A stretch of DNA of 64,000 bases from Bdellovibrionales bacterium (GTDB taxonomy: Bacteria > Bdellovibrionota > Bdellovibrionia > Bdellovibrionales > UBA1609): contig JADZEO010000113.1 in assembly GCA_020850475.1 (NCBI GenBank), positions 631-64,630 on the forward strand, in the 5' to 3' direction. The notes beneath the pieces are model-generated. The model ran no database searches. It worked only from the letters and a program-made list of their open reading frames with translations, and was not told the origin of the DNA. Each line of letters starts with the position of its first letter. Positions within the stretch are counted from its first letter, which is position 1. The translations under genes and the position numbers were made by a program. Of this stretch, positions 30,067 through 38,400 are shown in pieces.

Positions 30067-30594
30067 TTAAGGCTTCTGCTCTCGACAGATCCGCTCAGTG
30101 AATTCGAAAATCGCGTCAAAATCCTCCGGATCGATTTCGAGATACTCACTGTATTCTGCCGCGGTCAGGATGTACATCCAGAGTTGCTGGATAAACGGAT
30201 CGGGAGTGCTCAGATTCATTGACTCACCAGGACCCGCATCCTTCCACTCTCGCTTTAGGAGCTGGGCCTGATTCGAGTTGCTTTCGTCACAAGTAAAGGT
30301 TCCAAAATCGAAATCCATCGCCTCCCAGGAACTGAGCTCTAAAACCACTCGTTCAGGCAGTTGAGTTCCTTTGTAGCCAAAGCAAATTCCCATTCTATTA
30401 CCCGAGGGCAAACGATTCGTGATGCGAAGCTCGCGCCGAACTTCCGAGGGCCCAAGATCGACTACTTCAGGGCCCGCAAAAAAACTCAAAACATACTCTG
30501 TGTCTTCAATAACAAGTTTTTGGCACACCATCACCGGCACCGCAGCATGAGCGAAATTGGGCACCAGCCAAAGTAATAAGAGTATAAATCGCAT
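30067..30594 (-). CDS. Secreted hypothetical protein
   Basis: GAGGTG RBS and signal peptide MRFILLLLWLVPNFAHA; four Cys. Confidence 0.6.
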   Translation of the reverse strand: MRFILLLLWLVPNFAHAAVPVMVCQKLVIEDTEYVLSFFAGPEVVDLGPSEVRRELRITNRLPSGNRMGICFGYKGTQLPERVVLELSSWEAMDFDFGTFTCDESNSNQAQLLKREWKDAGPGESMNLSTPDPFIQQLWMYILTAAEYSEYLEIDPEDFDAIFEFTERICREQKP

Positions 30595-30739
30595 GATTTT
30601 TCACCTCACGAAGTACTTGGTTTAAAATCAGCCTACCGTCGCACCATTTGAGGTTCAATAGGTTTTCTCATTGGCACTCGCCGACCTTGCTGGCGAGATC
30701 GCTCTTTAGAACCGATTCCTCAAGGTCAATTAACGATAT

Positions 30740-32038
30740 TCATCGAAATAAAATGGCGCGATACATGCTTACGGCCATCTTTACCCGGGCATCAAAATAA
30801 GCGTCGCCACTTGAGCCGGTGCGAGCATAACGTTCGACGAGAGCCACATTTTCGGCAAGCGCCGCATTGGTGTTGGAGGCAAGAGGAATATTGGTGGCGA
30901 GCGCGGGTTTGGGATCAGGCATCGACGGCAAACCAAAGTCGGCTGGCGCGAAGGTGGCTTCAATCAGACTTCCTTCTTTACTGTAGGAAATCTTGGTCGG
31001 TCGGGCCAGCGATGGGGCCAGCGAACCCTCGACCGTCTTAAAAGTCACCACCACATTTTTGAATCCGACTCGCTCGCCAATTTCGATCATCTTTTCATTA
31101 AAATTATGATGGAAGGCCGAGCCAATAAAAAAATCAGCCCGAAAGGGCGAGACATATTTTTCGAGGGTTGCAAGGCCTGGCCGCTTGACCATTTGGCGAC
31201 GCAACTCAACCCAACGATCAAGTGCAGGCGCCACCTCGGCTTGTCGCAAGTACCAACCGCTGGGCGACGGTTCTTCTGCGAGATCAAGATTGGAGCCCAA
31301 AAATCGTCCGCCCAAGGCTTCGGCAAGATCCAAAAGATTGTGTCCGCGCTTAGGACCAGGATTTCTTCCGCAGACCGCCACCACTCGAAAACCCATCGAG
31401 CCCAATTCTTTCATTATTAGCGGAGTAATGATGTGAGAGCGTTCCACCCCATCAAAGGGTTCGGCCAGCTGAATGATGGGCGCACCTGGTGGCGTCGGCT
31501 CACAAAATTCCGGCGGGAAATGCGCTTCAAGCGCTGACAAAATTCCTGCATACTCGTCGGGGTTGGCGTAGCGCACCCGCATAATAGTCGCCGTCAAGGT
31601 GCGCAGGCCGTCGCCCGCAGTCGGGACTGGATCAGTCCCCGGAGCAAACCAAAAGTCACCCAGCTCGCGCGCCTCGGCGTAAGACAAAATCTTTCCGCCC
31701 AAAAGTTGCCGAGCAAGCTCCACAATTCGAGGATTAACCCCCTCGGAAAAATACTTCAAGAGAGAGGACTCACTCGCCAGGGCGTCAGAGCCGGAGTCGG
31801 CGCCAGAGGCGACGTCGGCCGAGGGGCCGAGTAAGGCAGCAAAAGCGCGCTCTTCGGGGGCAACGCCCTTCATCCACAGCCCGCCAAAAAAAGCTCCTAA
31901 GGTGGGTTTCGGCGGAGGATTGATCCTCGCGTCGGACAAAATACGCTCAATCAACTCGACGGGACAGGTCTCACTGCCCTTTTTGCCTGTGCCAACGTAA
32001 TCCAGTCCCTCGACAATTGAGTGAGTCCTCAATTCCAC
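30740..32038 (-). CDS. Anthranilate phosphoribosyltransferase-like (glycosyltransferase family 3, YbiB/TrpD2-like) protein
   Basis: The N-terminal helical bundle has VGTGKKGS and GAFFGGLWMKG, followed by EPFDG, the RxxxxKRPxxATLEK segment and GSAFH. The start overlaps the nirJ stop by 10 nt. Confidence 0.7.
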   Translation of the reverse strand: MELRTHSIVEGLDYVGTGKKGSETCPVELIERILSDARINPPPKPTLGAFFGGLWMKGVAPEERAFAALLGPSADVASGADSGSDALASESSLLKYFSEGVNPRIVELARQLLGGKILSYAEARELGDFWFAPGTDPVPTAGDGLRTLTATIMRVRYANPDEYAGILSALEAHFPPEFCEPTPPGAPIIQLAEPFDGVERSHIITPLIMKELGSMGFRVVAVCGRNPGPKRGHNLLDLAEALGGRFLGSNLDLAEEPSPSGWYLRQAEVAPALDRWVELRRQMVKRPGLATLEKYVSPFRADFFIGSAFHHNFNEKMIEIGERVGFKNVVVTFKTVEGSLAPSLARPTKISYSKEGSLIEATFAPADFGLPSMPDPKPALATNIPLASNTNAALAENVALVERYARTGSSGDAYFDARVKMAVSMYRAILFR

Positions 32039-33219
32039 CCGAGATCTCCTTTGAGTTCCGCCTCCACACTCGCGGGTTTGAGTTTAATCTCCTGATCTGA
32101 GAGATAACAGCCGGGATCTTCTGCCCAAAAGTTACCAGTGGTCTGGTAGGCACGCACGCGGGCATTGCCGTTACAAATCTGAAATTCTCCACAACGCCCG
32201 CAACGCCCTTCCAGGGGGCGAACGGTGCCGCCTTTAAGACCCTTCATCAAGGGATCGCTCAAGTCCTGCCAAATTTCCGAAAATTTGCGCTCGCGCACAT
32301 TGCCCAAGTGATAATCCCACCAAAAGGAATCAGGATGGACGTTGCCCAAGTTATCAATGTTGGCAATGCCAACCCCGGTTGAGTTACCGCCCCACTCTTC
32401 AAGTTTGCCGCGAATGTGATCGGCCTTATCGGGAAAATGACGTTGCACCCAAGTTAAGAAAAAGACTCCATCGGCATCGTTGTTGCCGGTCACAAACTCC
32501 CGACCCGTATCCTCGACGACGTTGCGCCAAGCCTCGGCAAAAAGCTTCTCCATGGCTTCACGAGTGGCCCCATGCTGAGCGTCTTTTTCCCGGTTGACCC
32601 GCCCGCGGCCAGAGTAATTTAGGTGGGACATGTAAAACTTGTCGAGCTTCTCGGTGCGCATAAAATCAAGTAAAGCATCGAGATCCTGCTTATTCTGCTC
32701 AGTGAGAGTGAAACGCAAACCCACCTTGAGTCCGTGGTCGCGGCAGAGGCGAATTCCCTTGAGCGAGTCCGCGAAAGCACCCTTTTTGCCGCGGAAAAAA
32801 TCATGGACCTCGCCAATCCCATCCAGACTAATCCCAACATAGTCGTAGCCCGATTCCACAATGACTCCGATATTTTCCTCAGTAATCAGAGTGCCGTTGG
32901 TGGAGAGACCGACGTAAAAGCCCAGCTCCTTGGCACGCCGAGAAAGCGCAAAGATATCGGGACGCAAAAGTGGCTCACCGCCCGACAAGATCAAAACCGG
33001 CACGCGAAACTGCCGCAAATCTTCCATCACCGCCAGGGCCTCTTCAGTGGTGAGCTCACCCTTAAAATCACGGTCGGCGGAATTGGTGTAGCAGTGCTGG
33101 CAGAGTAAATTACAGCGACGGATCAAATTCCAAATCACCACCGGCCCCGGTGGCCGACGGCGGGGACGCACCGGCGTGGGATTTTGCAACTCGCGCAGCA
33201 AATGTGTCATGCGAAACAT
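32029..33219 (-). CDS. nirJ: Heme d1 biosynthesis radical SAM protein NirJ
   Basis: PPGPVVIWNLIRRCNLLCQHCY, LSGGEPLLRPD, WGGNSTGVGIANID and a C-terminal SPASM region (CGRC..F.IC.GN.RVRA....W.EDPGCY). Confidence 0.95.
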   Translation of the reverse strand: MFRMTHLLRELQNPTPVRPRRRPPGPVVIWNLIRRCNLLCQHCYTNSADRDFKGELTTEEALAVMEDLRQFRVPVLILSGGEPLLRPDIFALSRRAKELGFYVGLSTNGTLITEENIGVIVESGYDYVGISLDGIGEVHDFFRGKKGAFADSLKGIRLCRDHGLKVGLRFTLTEQNKQDLDALLDFMRTEKLDKFYMSHLNYSGRGRVNREKDAQHGATREAMEKLFAEAWRNVVEDTGREFVTGNNDADGVFFLTWVQRHFPDKADHIRGKLEEWGGNSTGVGIANIDNLGNVHPDSFWWDYHLGNVRERKFSEIWQDLSDPLMKGLKGGTVRPLEGRCGRCGEFQICNGNARVRAYQTTGNFWAEDPGCYLSDQEIKLKPASVEAELKGDLGWN

Positions 33220-33224
33220 ACTCG

Positions 33225-33728
33225 TTACCCTTCCCGTACCAAACGAAATCCTGTTTTCTTTAAAATCTTACGGCTAAACAAAACATCCGAAGACCGCACG
33301 TGACCTGCGAGCACCTGACGAATTTCTTCGACCTGCGCCAGCGCCTCGTCCCGGGTTTTGGCGTGAACCATCGCAAAAAGATTGTATGGCCATACCCCTG
33401 AGTGGCGCGGGCGCAAATAACAATGACTGACAAACGGTAAAGCTCCGACCCGAGTTCCCAGCTCTTCGGCGAGTTCATCGGGCACATCCCACACAGTCAT
33501 GCCATTGGCGCGATAGCCGAGCCGATAATGATTGGGGACCGCAGCGATTCGGCGAACTGCACCTGAGTCCAGCCAGCGTTGAAGGCGCACTTTGACTTCT
33601 TCGACCGGCAATCCTAATTGCTCGGCCACCGCATGATAGGGCTTGGCAACGAGTGGAAGGCCTTGCTGGGTGGCTTCAATCAAGCGCAAGTCGAGATCAT
33701 CGAGGAAAACCTCCGTCGGATCAGTCAC
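33225..33728 (-). CDS. nirH: Siroheme decarboxylase subunit NirH
   Basis: Lrp/AsnC-like fold with QGLPLVAKPY, PNHYRLGY..NGMTVW, VSHCYLRPR, WPYNLFAMVH and ILKKTG. The GTG start overlaps the upstream stop. Confidence 0.9.
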   Translation of the reverse strand: MTDPTEVFLDDLDLRLIEATQQGLPLVAKPYHAVAEQLGLPVEEVKVRLQRWLDSGAVRRIAAVPNHYRLGYRANGMTVWDVPDELAEELGTRVGALPFVSHCYLRPRHSGVWPYNLFAMVHAKTRDEALAQVEEIRQVLAGHVRSSDVLFSRKILKKTGFRLVREG

Positions 33729-35241
33729 CGCTGACCTCCAACTGCAAATTCAAGTAGAACTCTTTGAGCTTAGGCATCGAATAGGGTTTTAAACCCGTGG
33801 CTTGTTCGATTTTGTTCAAGACCTCGGCCAGCTGCGAAGCCGGTAACGCCGCGACGACCATCCACATATTCAAACGGTGTTCACGCTCGTAGTTGTGAGC
33901 CACTTCGGGAAAACGATTGACCAGGTCCACGACTTCTTCCCAGCGATCCCGGGGAACTTCCATTGCCAATAAGCTAAAAGTTCCGCCCAACTTTTCGATG
34001 TTGTACATGGGACCAAAGCGCGTGAGCAAACCTTCAGCGCGCAGCTCAGTCAATCGCTGGCAAACTGCCTCTTCCGTCATCCCCAGCCGAGTCGCCAAAT
34101 CAAAAAACGGCCGGTCAATCACCGCTAAACCTTTTTGCAATTCTTGAATGAGTACGGTGTCGACCGCCTTTGAGTCGGGTGAAGTTGTCGCTTGAGGCGC
34201 AGAGGCCGCGGACGCTGGCATCTCTGCCGATGGCGGTCGGGTTGCCAAATACCGCGAGCCCCGTTGCTTAAACGCCCGGGTCGAAAACAACACTCGCTGC
34301 GAAAGTCCGGTCAAATTGAACTCGCTTACCAGCGACTCGACTTGCAACAACACTTCCGATCGGGAGCGGCCGTGAATCATGCAATACAAATTGTAGGGCC
34401 ACTCTGGCGACGTCTGCCGCTCGTAACAAAGGGTCACAAATGGTTGACGTGCCAGGGCTCGACCCAATTCGCGGGTGCGTGCCAAGGGACACTGCCACAC
34501 AACCATCGCATTGGCTTGATAGCCCAACGGACGATGACGGACGATCACTCCCATCCGACGGATCACCCCGCGAGTCAAAAGGCCCTGCAAAATGACACTC
34601 ACTTCTTCAGCTGTGATCCCCAGCTCGTCAGCCCAGCGATCGAAGGGGCGCGAGTTCAAAGGTAAACCTGGCTCAAGGCGTTCGCACAAAGCTCGTTCAA
34701 CTGCTGACAACTCGGCCGGGCCTTGGGCCACACCTTCAACAAACGTCACTGACTCACCAGCGGGTCCCGAGAGATCAAAGCCTAAGTCGATGCGATACTC
34801 GTAAACCAAGCGGCAGTCGACGACTGGGTTCCCTGCCCGCTCGCCAATGGCGAGTAATATTTCCTGAAGGCGAGCTTCGCTGGGCGCGGTCACCACAAAC
34901 CAAAGATTGAGTTCGCCTTCACGTTCGTAGTTGTGATTGACTTCCTCGAAGGAATTAATAAAACCCGCGACTTTTTCCACCTGCGCGGGGGAGACCCGCA
35001 CCGCAGCCAGTGTGCTGGGGCCCAAGGCCTGAGGGCGAAACACAGCACCCAAGCGGGTGACAACGCCTTGCTCGGACCACTCTTTTAACTGACTGATGAT
35101 TTGGGCTTCCGGGAGATGGAGCTCGCGACCCAAATCAAAAAACGGAGTGACCGACAGTGGAAATTCCCGTTGAAAATCATTGAGCAAACGCCACTGGGGA
35201 GTTCCTCGTTGGGGCCAGCTGAATTCTCTTTGGATTTCCAT
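33721..35241 (-). CDS. nirDLG: Siroheme decarboxylase NirD-NirL-NirG triple fusion
   Basis: The ATG is at 35241. Three tandem AsnC-like units follow: LLNDFQREFPL..VNHNYERE (D), GLPLNSRPF..VTLCYER..WPYNLYCMIHG (L) and TRFGPMY..EVAHNYERE (G). Confidence 0.88.
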   Translation of the reverse strand: MEIQREFSWPQRGTPQWRLLNDFQREFPLSVTPFFDLGRELHLPEAQIISQLKEWSEQGVVTRLGAVFRPQALGPSTLAAVRVSPAQVEKVAGFINSFEEVNHNYEREGELNLWFVVTAPSEARLQEILLAIGERAGNPVVDCRLVYEYRIDLGFDLSGPAGESVTFVEGVAQGPAELSAVERALCERLEPGLPLNSRPFDRWADELGITAEEVSVILQGLLTRGVIRRMGVIVRHRPLGYQANAMVVWQCPLARTRELGRALARQPFVTLCYERQTSPEWPYNLYCMIHGRSRSEVLLQVESLVSEFNLTGLSQRVLFSTRAFKQRGSRYLATRPPSAEMPASAASAPQATTSPDSKAVDTVLIQELQKGLAVIDRPFFDLATRLGMTEEAVCQRLTELRAEGLLTRFGPMYNIEKLGGTFSLLAMEVPRDRWEEVVDLVNRFPEVAHNYEREHRLNMWMVVAALPASQLAEVLNKIEQATGLKPYSMPKLKEFYLNLQLEVSGD

Positions 35242-35278
35242 GACCTCATGTGTATAACGAATGCCTGGAGTTTGAAAT

Positions 35279-35929
35279 ATGTTTTTTCCCGTCTTTATCC
35301 CTGTGCAAAATCGCCCCGTTTTGTTGGTGGGTGCCGGCCCCGTGGCGCTCGGGAAGGCGCAAAAACTCCTGCCTTTTAAGCCGCAACTGCGAGTCATTGC
35401 TCGGCAGGCCCTGCCTCAATTTAGTGACTGGGCAGCTCAAGGCCACTTGACGCTCGAACTCAGGGAATTTCGCTTTGAGGATTTAAGTGGGATTGAGATG
35501 GTCATTATGGCCGTCGACGACCTGGAACTGCAACGCCAGGTTTTTGAGTATTGCCAAGCTCAGCGGATTTTATGCAATTGCGTGGATGTCCCGGAGTACT
35601 GTTCGTGGATTTTTCCCGCACTGGTTCAGCGAAAAAATCTGGTGATTGCGATTTCCACCGGCGGTAAGGCCCCCTTTTTGGCTTCGACCCTTCGCCAATG
35701 GATTGAGCAAACCCTCCCGGTCGAGTTCGACGAGATCATCCACCAGGTGGAAAGTTTTCGTCGGTCGGCCGAGGTCGCCCAACTCAAGACGGCCGCCGAA
35801 CGAGGTCAAAAAGTGATCGAATTCGCGAAAAAACTTTTGACTGGAATCAAGCTTCAGCCGAAGAGCTTTGGCCCGCAGGAAAACTCAAGTTCCGAGGTGT
35901 CTCCGCCGTCAGTTCCCGCACCGGAGTAA
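35279..35929 (+). CDS. Precorrin-2 dehydrogenase/sirohydrochlorin ferrochelatase (SirC/Met8/CysG N-terminal domain)
   Basis: FPVF, the Rossmann motif LLVGAGPVALGK, CNCVDVP and IAISTGGKAPFLA. Confidence 0.88.
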   Translation: MFFPVFIPVQNRPVLLVGAGPVALGKAQKLLPFKPQLRVIARQALPQFSDWAAQGHLTLELREFRFEDLSGIEMVIMAVDDLELQRQVFEYCQAQRILCNCVDVPEYCSWIFPALVQRKNLVIAISTGGKAPFLASTLRQWIEQTLPVEFDEIIHQVESFRRSAEVAQLKTAAERGQKVIEFAKKLLTGIKLQPKSFGPQENSSSEVSPPSVPAPE

Positions 35930-36689
35930 ATCCACTCGAGTGGTGCTCCTCAGAAACAAACCAATTAAACTGCTGATGAAAACGGGCCACTTCACCGATC
36001 ACCATCACGCTGGGTGAGGACACCGCCGGAGGGTTGGTCGCCAGCTCATTGAGGTTCGTCAAAACCACCTTTTGCTCGCCCAAAGTGGCCTCCTGAATAA
36101 AAGCCACCGGCATTTCTTCCGGCCGACCCAAACTCATGAGCTCGCGGGCAATTGATTGACGATTCTTAACTCCCATCAGGACCACCAAGGTATCAACTTT
36201 GGCAAAGGCGCTCCAATCGACATACTCGGATTTTTCAGTCGCTTCGTGGCCGGTGACGACGGCAAAGGAGGCCGCCAACTGCCGATGGGTGACGGGAATT
36301 CCGGCATAGGCAGGCGCCGCCAAGGCCGAACTCACACCCGGCACCACTTCAAAGGCAATGCCGGCATCGACCAAACTCTGCAGCTCTTCCCCTCCCCGAC
36401 CAAACACAAAGGGATCGCCACCTTTAAGGCGCACCACTCGGAGGGGCTGCAAACCATAGTGCACCAACAAATCGTTGATTTGCTCCTGCGGAACCGGGTG
36501 ACTTCCGCAGCGCTTACCAACGGGCACCAGTTGGCAATCAGGACGGACCATTTTCAAGAGTTCGGCATTGACCAAATGATCGTAAAGCAAAACGTCGGCC
36601 TCGCGAAGTAAGCGCGCTGCCTTGAGTGTCAACAATTCGGGGTCGCCCGGTCCGGCACCCACCAAATAAACCCGTCCCTGCCTCGTCAT
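35847..36689 (-). CDS. nirE: Uroporphyrinogen-III C-methyltransferase (NirE/CobA)
   Basis: VYLVGAGPGDPELLTLKA, LYDHLV, VRLKGGDPFVFGRGGEE, VPGVSSA and GIPVTHR; located within the nir cluster. Confidence 0.93.
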   Translation of the reverse strand: MTRQGRVYLVGAGPGDPELLTLKAARLLREADVLLYDHLVNAELLKMVRPDCQLVPVGKRCGSHPVPQEQINDLLVHYGLQPLRVVRLKGGDPFVFGRGGEELQSLVDAGIAFEVVPGVSSALAAPAYAGIPVTHRQLAASFAVVTGHEATEKSEYVDWSAFAKVDTLVVLMGVKNRQSIARELMSLGRPEEMPVAFIQEATLGEQKVVLTNLNELATNPPAVSSPSVMVIGEVARFHQQFNWFVSEEHHSSGFTPVRELTAETPRNLSFPAGQSSSAEA

Positions 36690-36862
36690 AGGAACCCAAT
36701 TTACTCACCAGCGCGGCCAAGGCAATTCCTAGATTTGCTGAGAGACATTTTGACTCATCGTATATAGTAAAACCCTAGCCCCAAGGCTCCGACCGGGTGA
36801 GGGCTTGATCTGGGCCTCATTCGCCATTAATCTCGCGGGCCTTATGAAAGTGAGCCTCGCTC

Positions 36863-37234
36863 ATGACAGTCGCTAAAATGACAATCCTTATTGCCCCGCT
36901 TTTCGCTTCGCTGGTCGCGGCCATCACGACCCTAAGCCCCTTGCCCTTCTCCGCCGTGGCCCTCGCTAAGGACGGGTCGCTTGAGCCCGCTCGTCAAAAG
37001 GAGATTCTTTATCTTTTGCGCCAAGACTGCGGCTCCTGTCATGGAATGACTCTTAAAGGGGGCCTTGGGTCGTCGCTGCTGCCGGAAGTTTTAAAAGACA
37101 AACCCTCGGCCTTTTTAGTTGAAACCATTCGCGAAGGGCGCCAGGGAACCGCCATGCCGCCTTGGAAGCAGTTCCTCACCCAACAAGAAACGGAATGGCT
37201 GGTTGAAACACTTAAGACTGGAGTGAAAGAATGA
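36863..37234 (+). CDS. nirC: Cytochrome c55X NirC
   Basis: Signal peptide, LLRQDCGSCHGMTLKGGLG and GTAMPPW; immediately upstream of nirF. Confidence 0.92.
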   Translation: MTVAKMTILIAPLFASLVAAITTLSPLPFSAVALAKDGSLEPARQKEILYLLRQDCGSCHGMTLKGGLGSSLLPEVLKDKPSAFLVETIREGRQGTAMPPWKQFLTQQETEWLVETLKTGVKE

Positions 37235-38397
37235 ACCCGCGCTTTTTTGGTTTGCCCCTGATGGGACTCTTTATTTTCTGTTCTTGCACGACTCTGCGGG
37301 GAACCGGTGATTTAGGGCTGATCATTGAGCGCGCCGATGGCCGGGTGGCGATTTTAGAAACCAGCAGGCCCCAACTGCTCGGCTCCATTCCTGGTCTCGG
37401 TGATCTCTCCCATGCCTCAGCCGTTTATTCGCGCGATGGTCGCTTTGCCTTTATCTTTGGTCGGGATGGGGGCCTCACCAAGGTGGATCTCCTCACTCGC
37501 AAAATCGTCAAGCGCGTGTTGCAAGCGGGTAACTCCATCGGCGGCGCAATTTCTCGAGATGGATCGATGGTTGCCGTATCAAATTATGAACCCGGCGGCA
37601 TTAAAGTTTTCGCGAGCGACGATTTGACCCAGATTGCCGACATCGCGGCCAAGGGACCTACGGGCACACCATCGAAAGTGGTGGGACTCATGGATGCCGG
37701 CGGCCAGCGTTTTATCTTCAGCCTCTTTGATGGCGGAGAAACCTGGATTGCCGATGTAGCCAACCCACAAGACATCAAAATCCAAAAGTTCAAGGCAGGT
37801 TTACAGCCCTACGATGCGCTGCTGACAAGTGATGGCCGCTATTACATTACCGGGCTGTTTGGTGAAGACGGTTTGGCTCTTCTTGACCTTTGGTATCCCG
37901 AAAAAGGCATGAACAAAATCTTGTCAGGCTACGGACAGGGCAAAGAAAAGCTTCCCGTTTACAAAATGCCCCACCTCCAAGGTTGGGCCGCCGCCGGCGA
38001 ATACTTCTTTCTACCGGCGATTGGCGCCAAAGAACTGTTGGTCATGAAGCGCGACCAATGGACCATCCACCAGCGCATCCCCCTCGTCGGGCAACCAATC
38101 ATGGCCATGGCGAGCCCCGATGGCCAACAAGTTTGGGTGAACTTTGCCTTTCCCGACAACCAAAATCTCCAGGTGATTGATGTCAAAAATCTCCAAGTCG
38201 CCAAAAACCTGCAACCCGGCAAGGGTGTGCTGCACATGGAGTTTACTCCACGCGGAGATCAACTGTGGCTCTCCGTTCGCGACGAAGACCGCGTCGAAGT
38301 GTGGGACCCACAACAGTTTAAAAAACTCACCGAGATGAAAGTTCTAAAACCGAGCGGGATCTTTATGTCCGCCCGCGCTCACCGCATTGGGTTGTAA
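37231..38397 (+). CDS. nirF: Heme d1 biosynthesis protein NirF (lipoprotein)
   Basis: Lipobox FCSC, RGTGDLGLIIER, GLGDLSHAS, GRDGGLTKVD, YKMPHLQGW, VLHMEFTPRG and PSGIF..RAHRIGL. Confidence 0.95.
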   Translation: MNPRFFGLPLMGLFIFCSCTTLRGTGDLGLIIERADGRVAILETSRPQLLGSIPGLGDLSHASAVYSRDGRFAFIFGRDGGLTKVDLLTRKIVKRVLQAGNSIGGAISRDGSMVAVSNYEPGGIKVFASDDLTQIADIAAKGPTGTPSKVVGLMDAGGQRFIFSLFDGGETWIADVANPQDIKIQKFKAGLQPYDALLTSDGRYYITGLFGEDGLALLDLWYPEKGMNKILSGYGQGKEKLPVYKMPHLQGWAAAGEYFFLPAIGAKELLVMKRDQWTIHQRIPLVGQPIMAMASPDGQQVWVNFAFPDNQNLQVIDVKNLQVAKNLQPGKGVLHMEFTPRGDQLWLSVRDEDRVEVWDPQQFKKLTEMKVLKPSGIFMSARAHRIGL

Positions 38398-38400
38398 CCA

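Noticed and set aside
30740-32038. trpD (tryptophan biosynthesis)
   Set aside because: No trp context, and the canonical GTGGD PRPP-binding motif is not recognisable (EPFDG instead).
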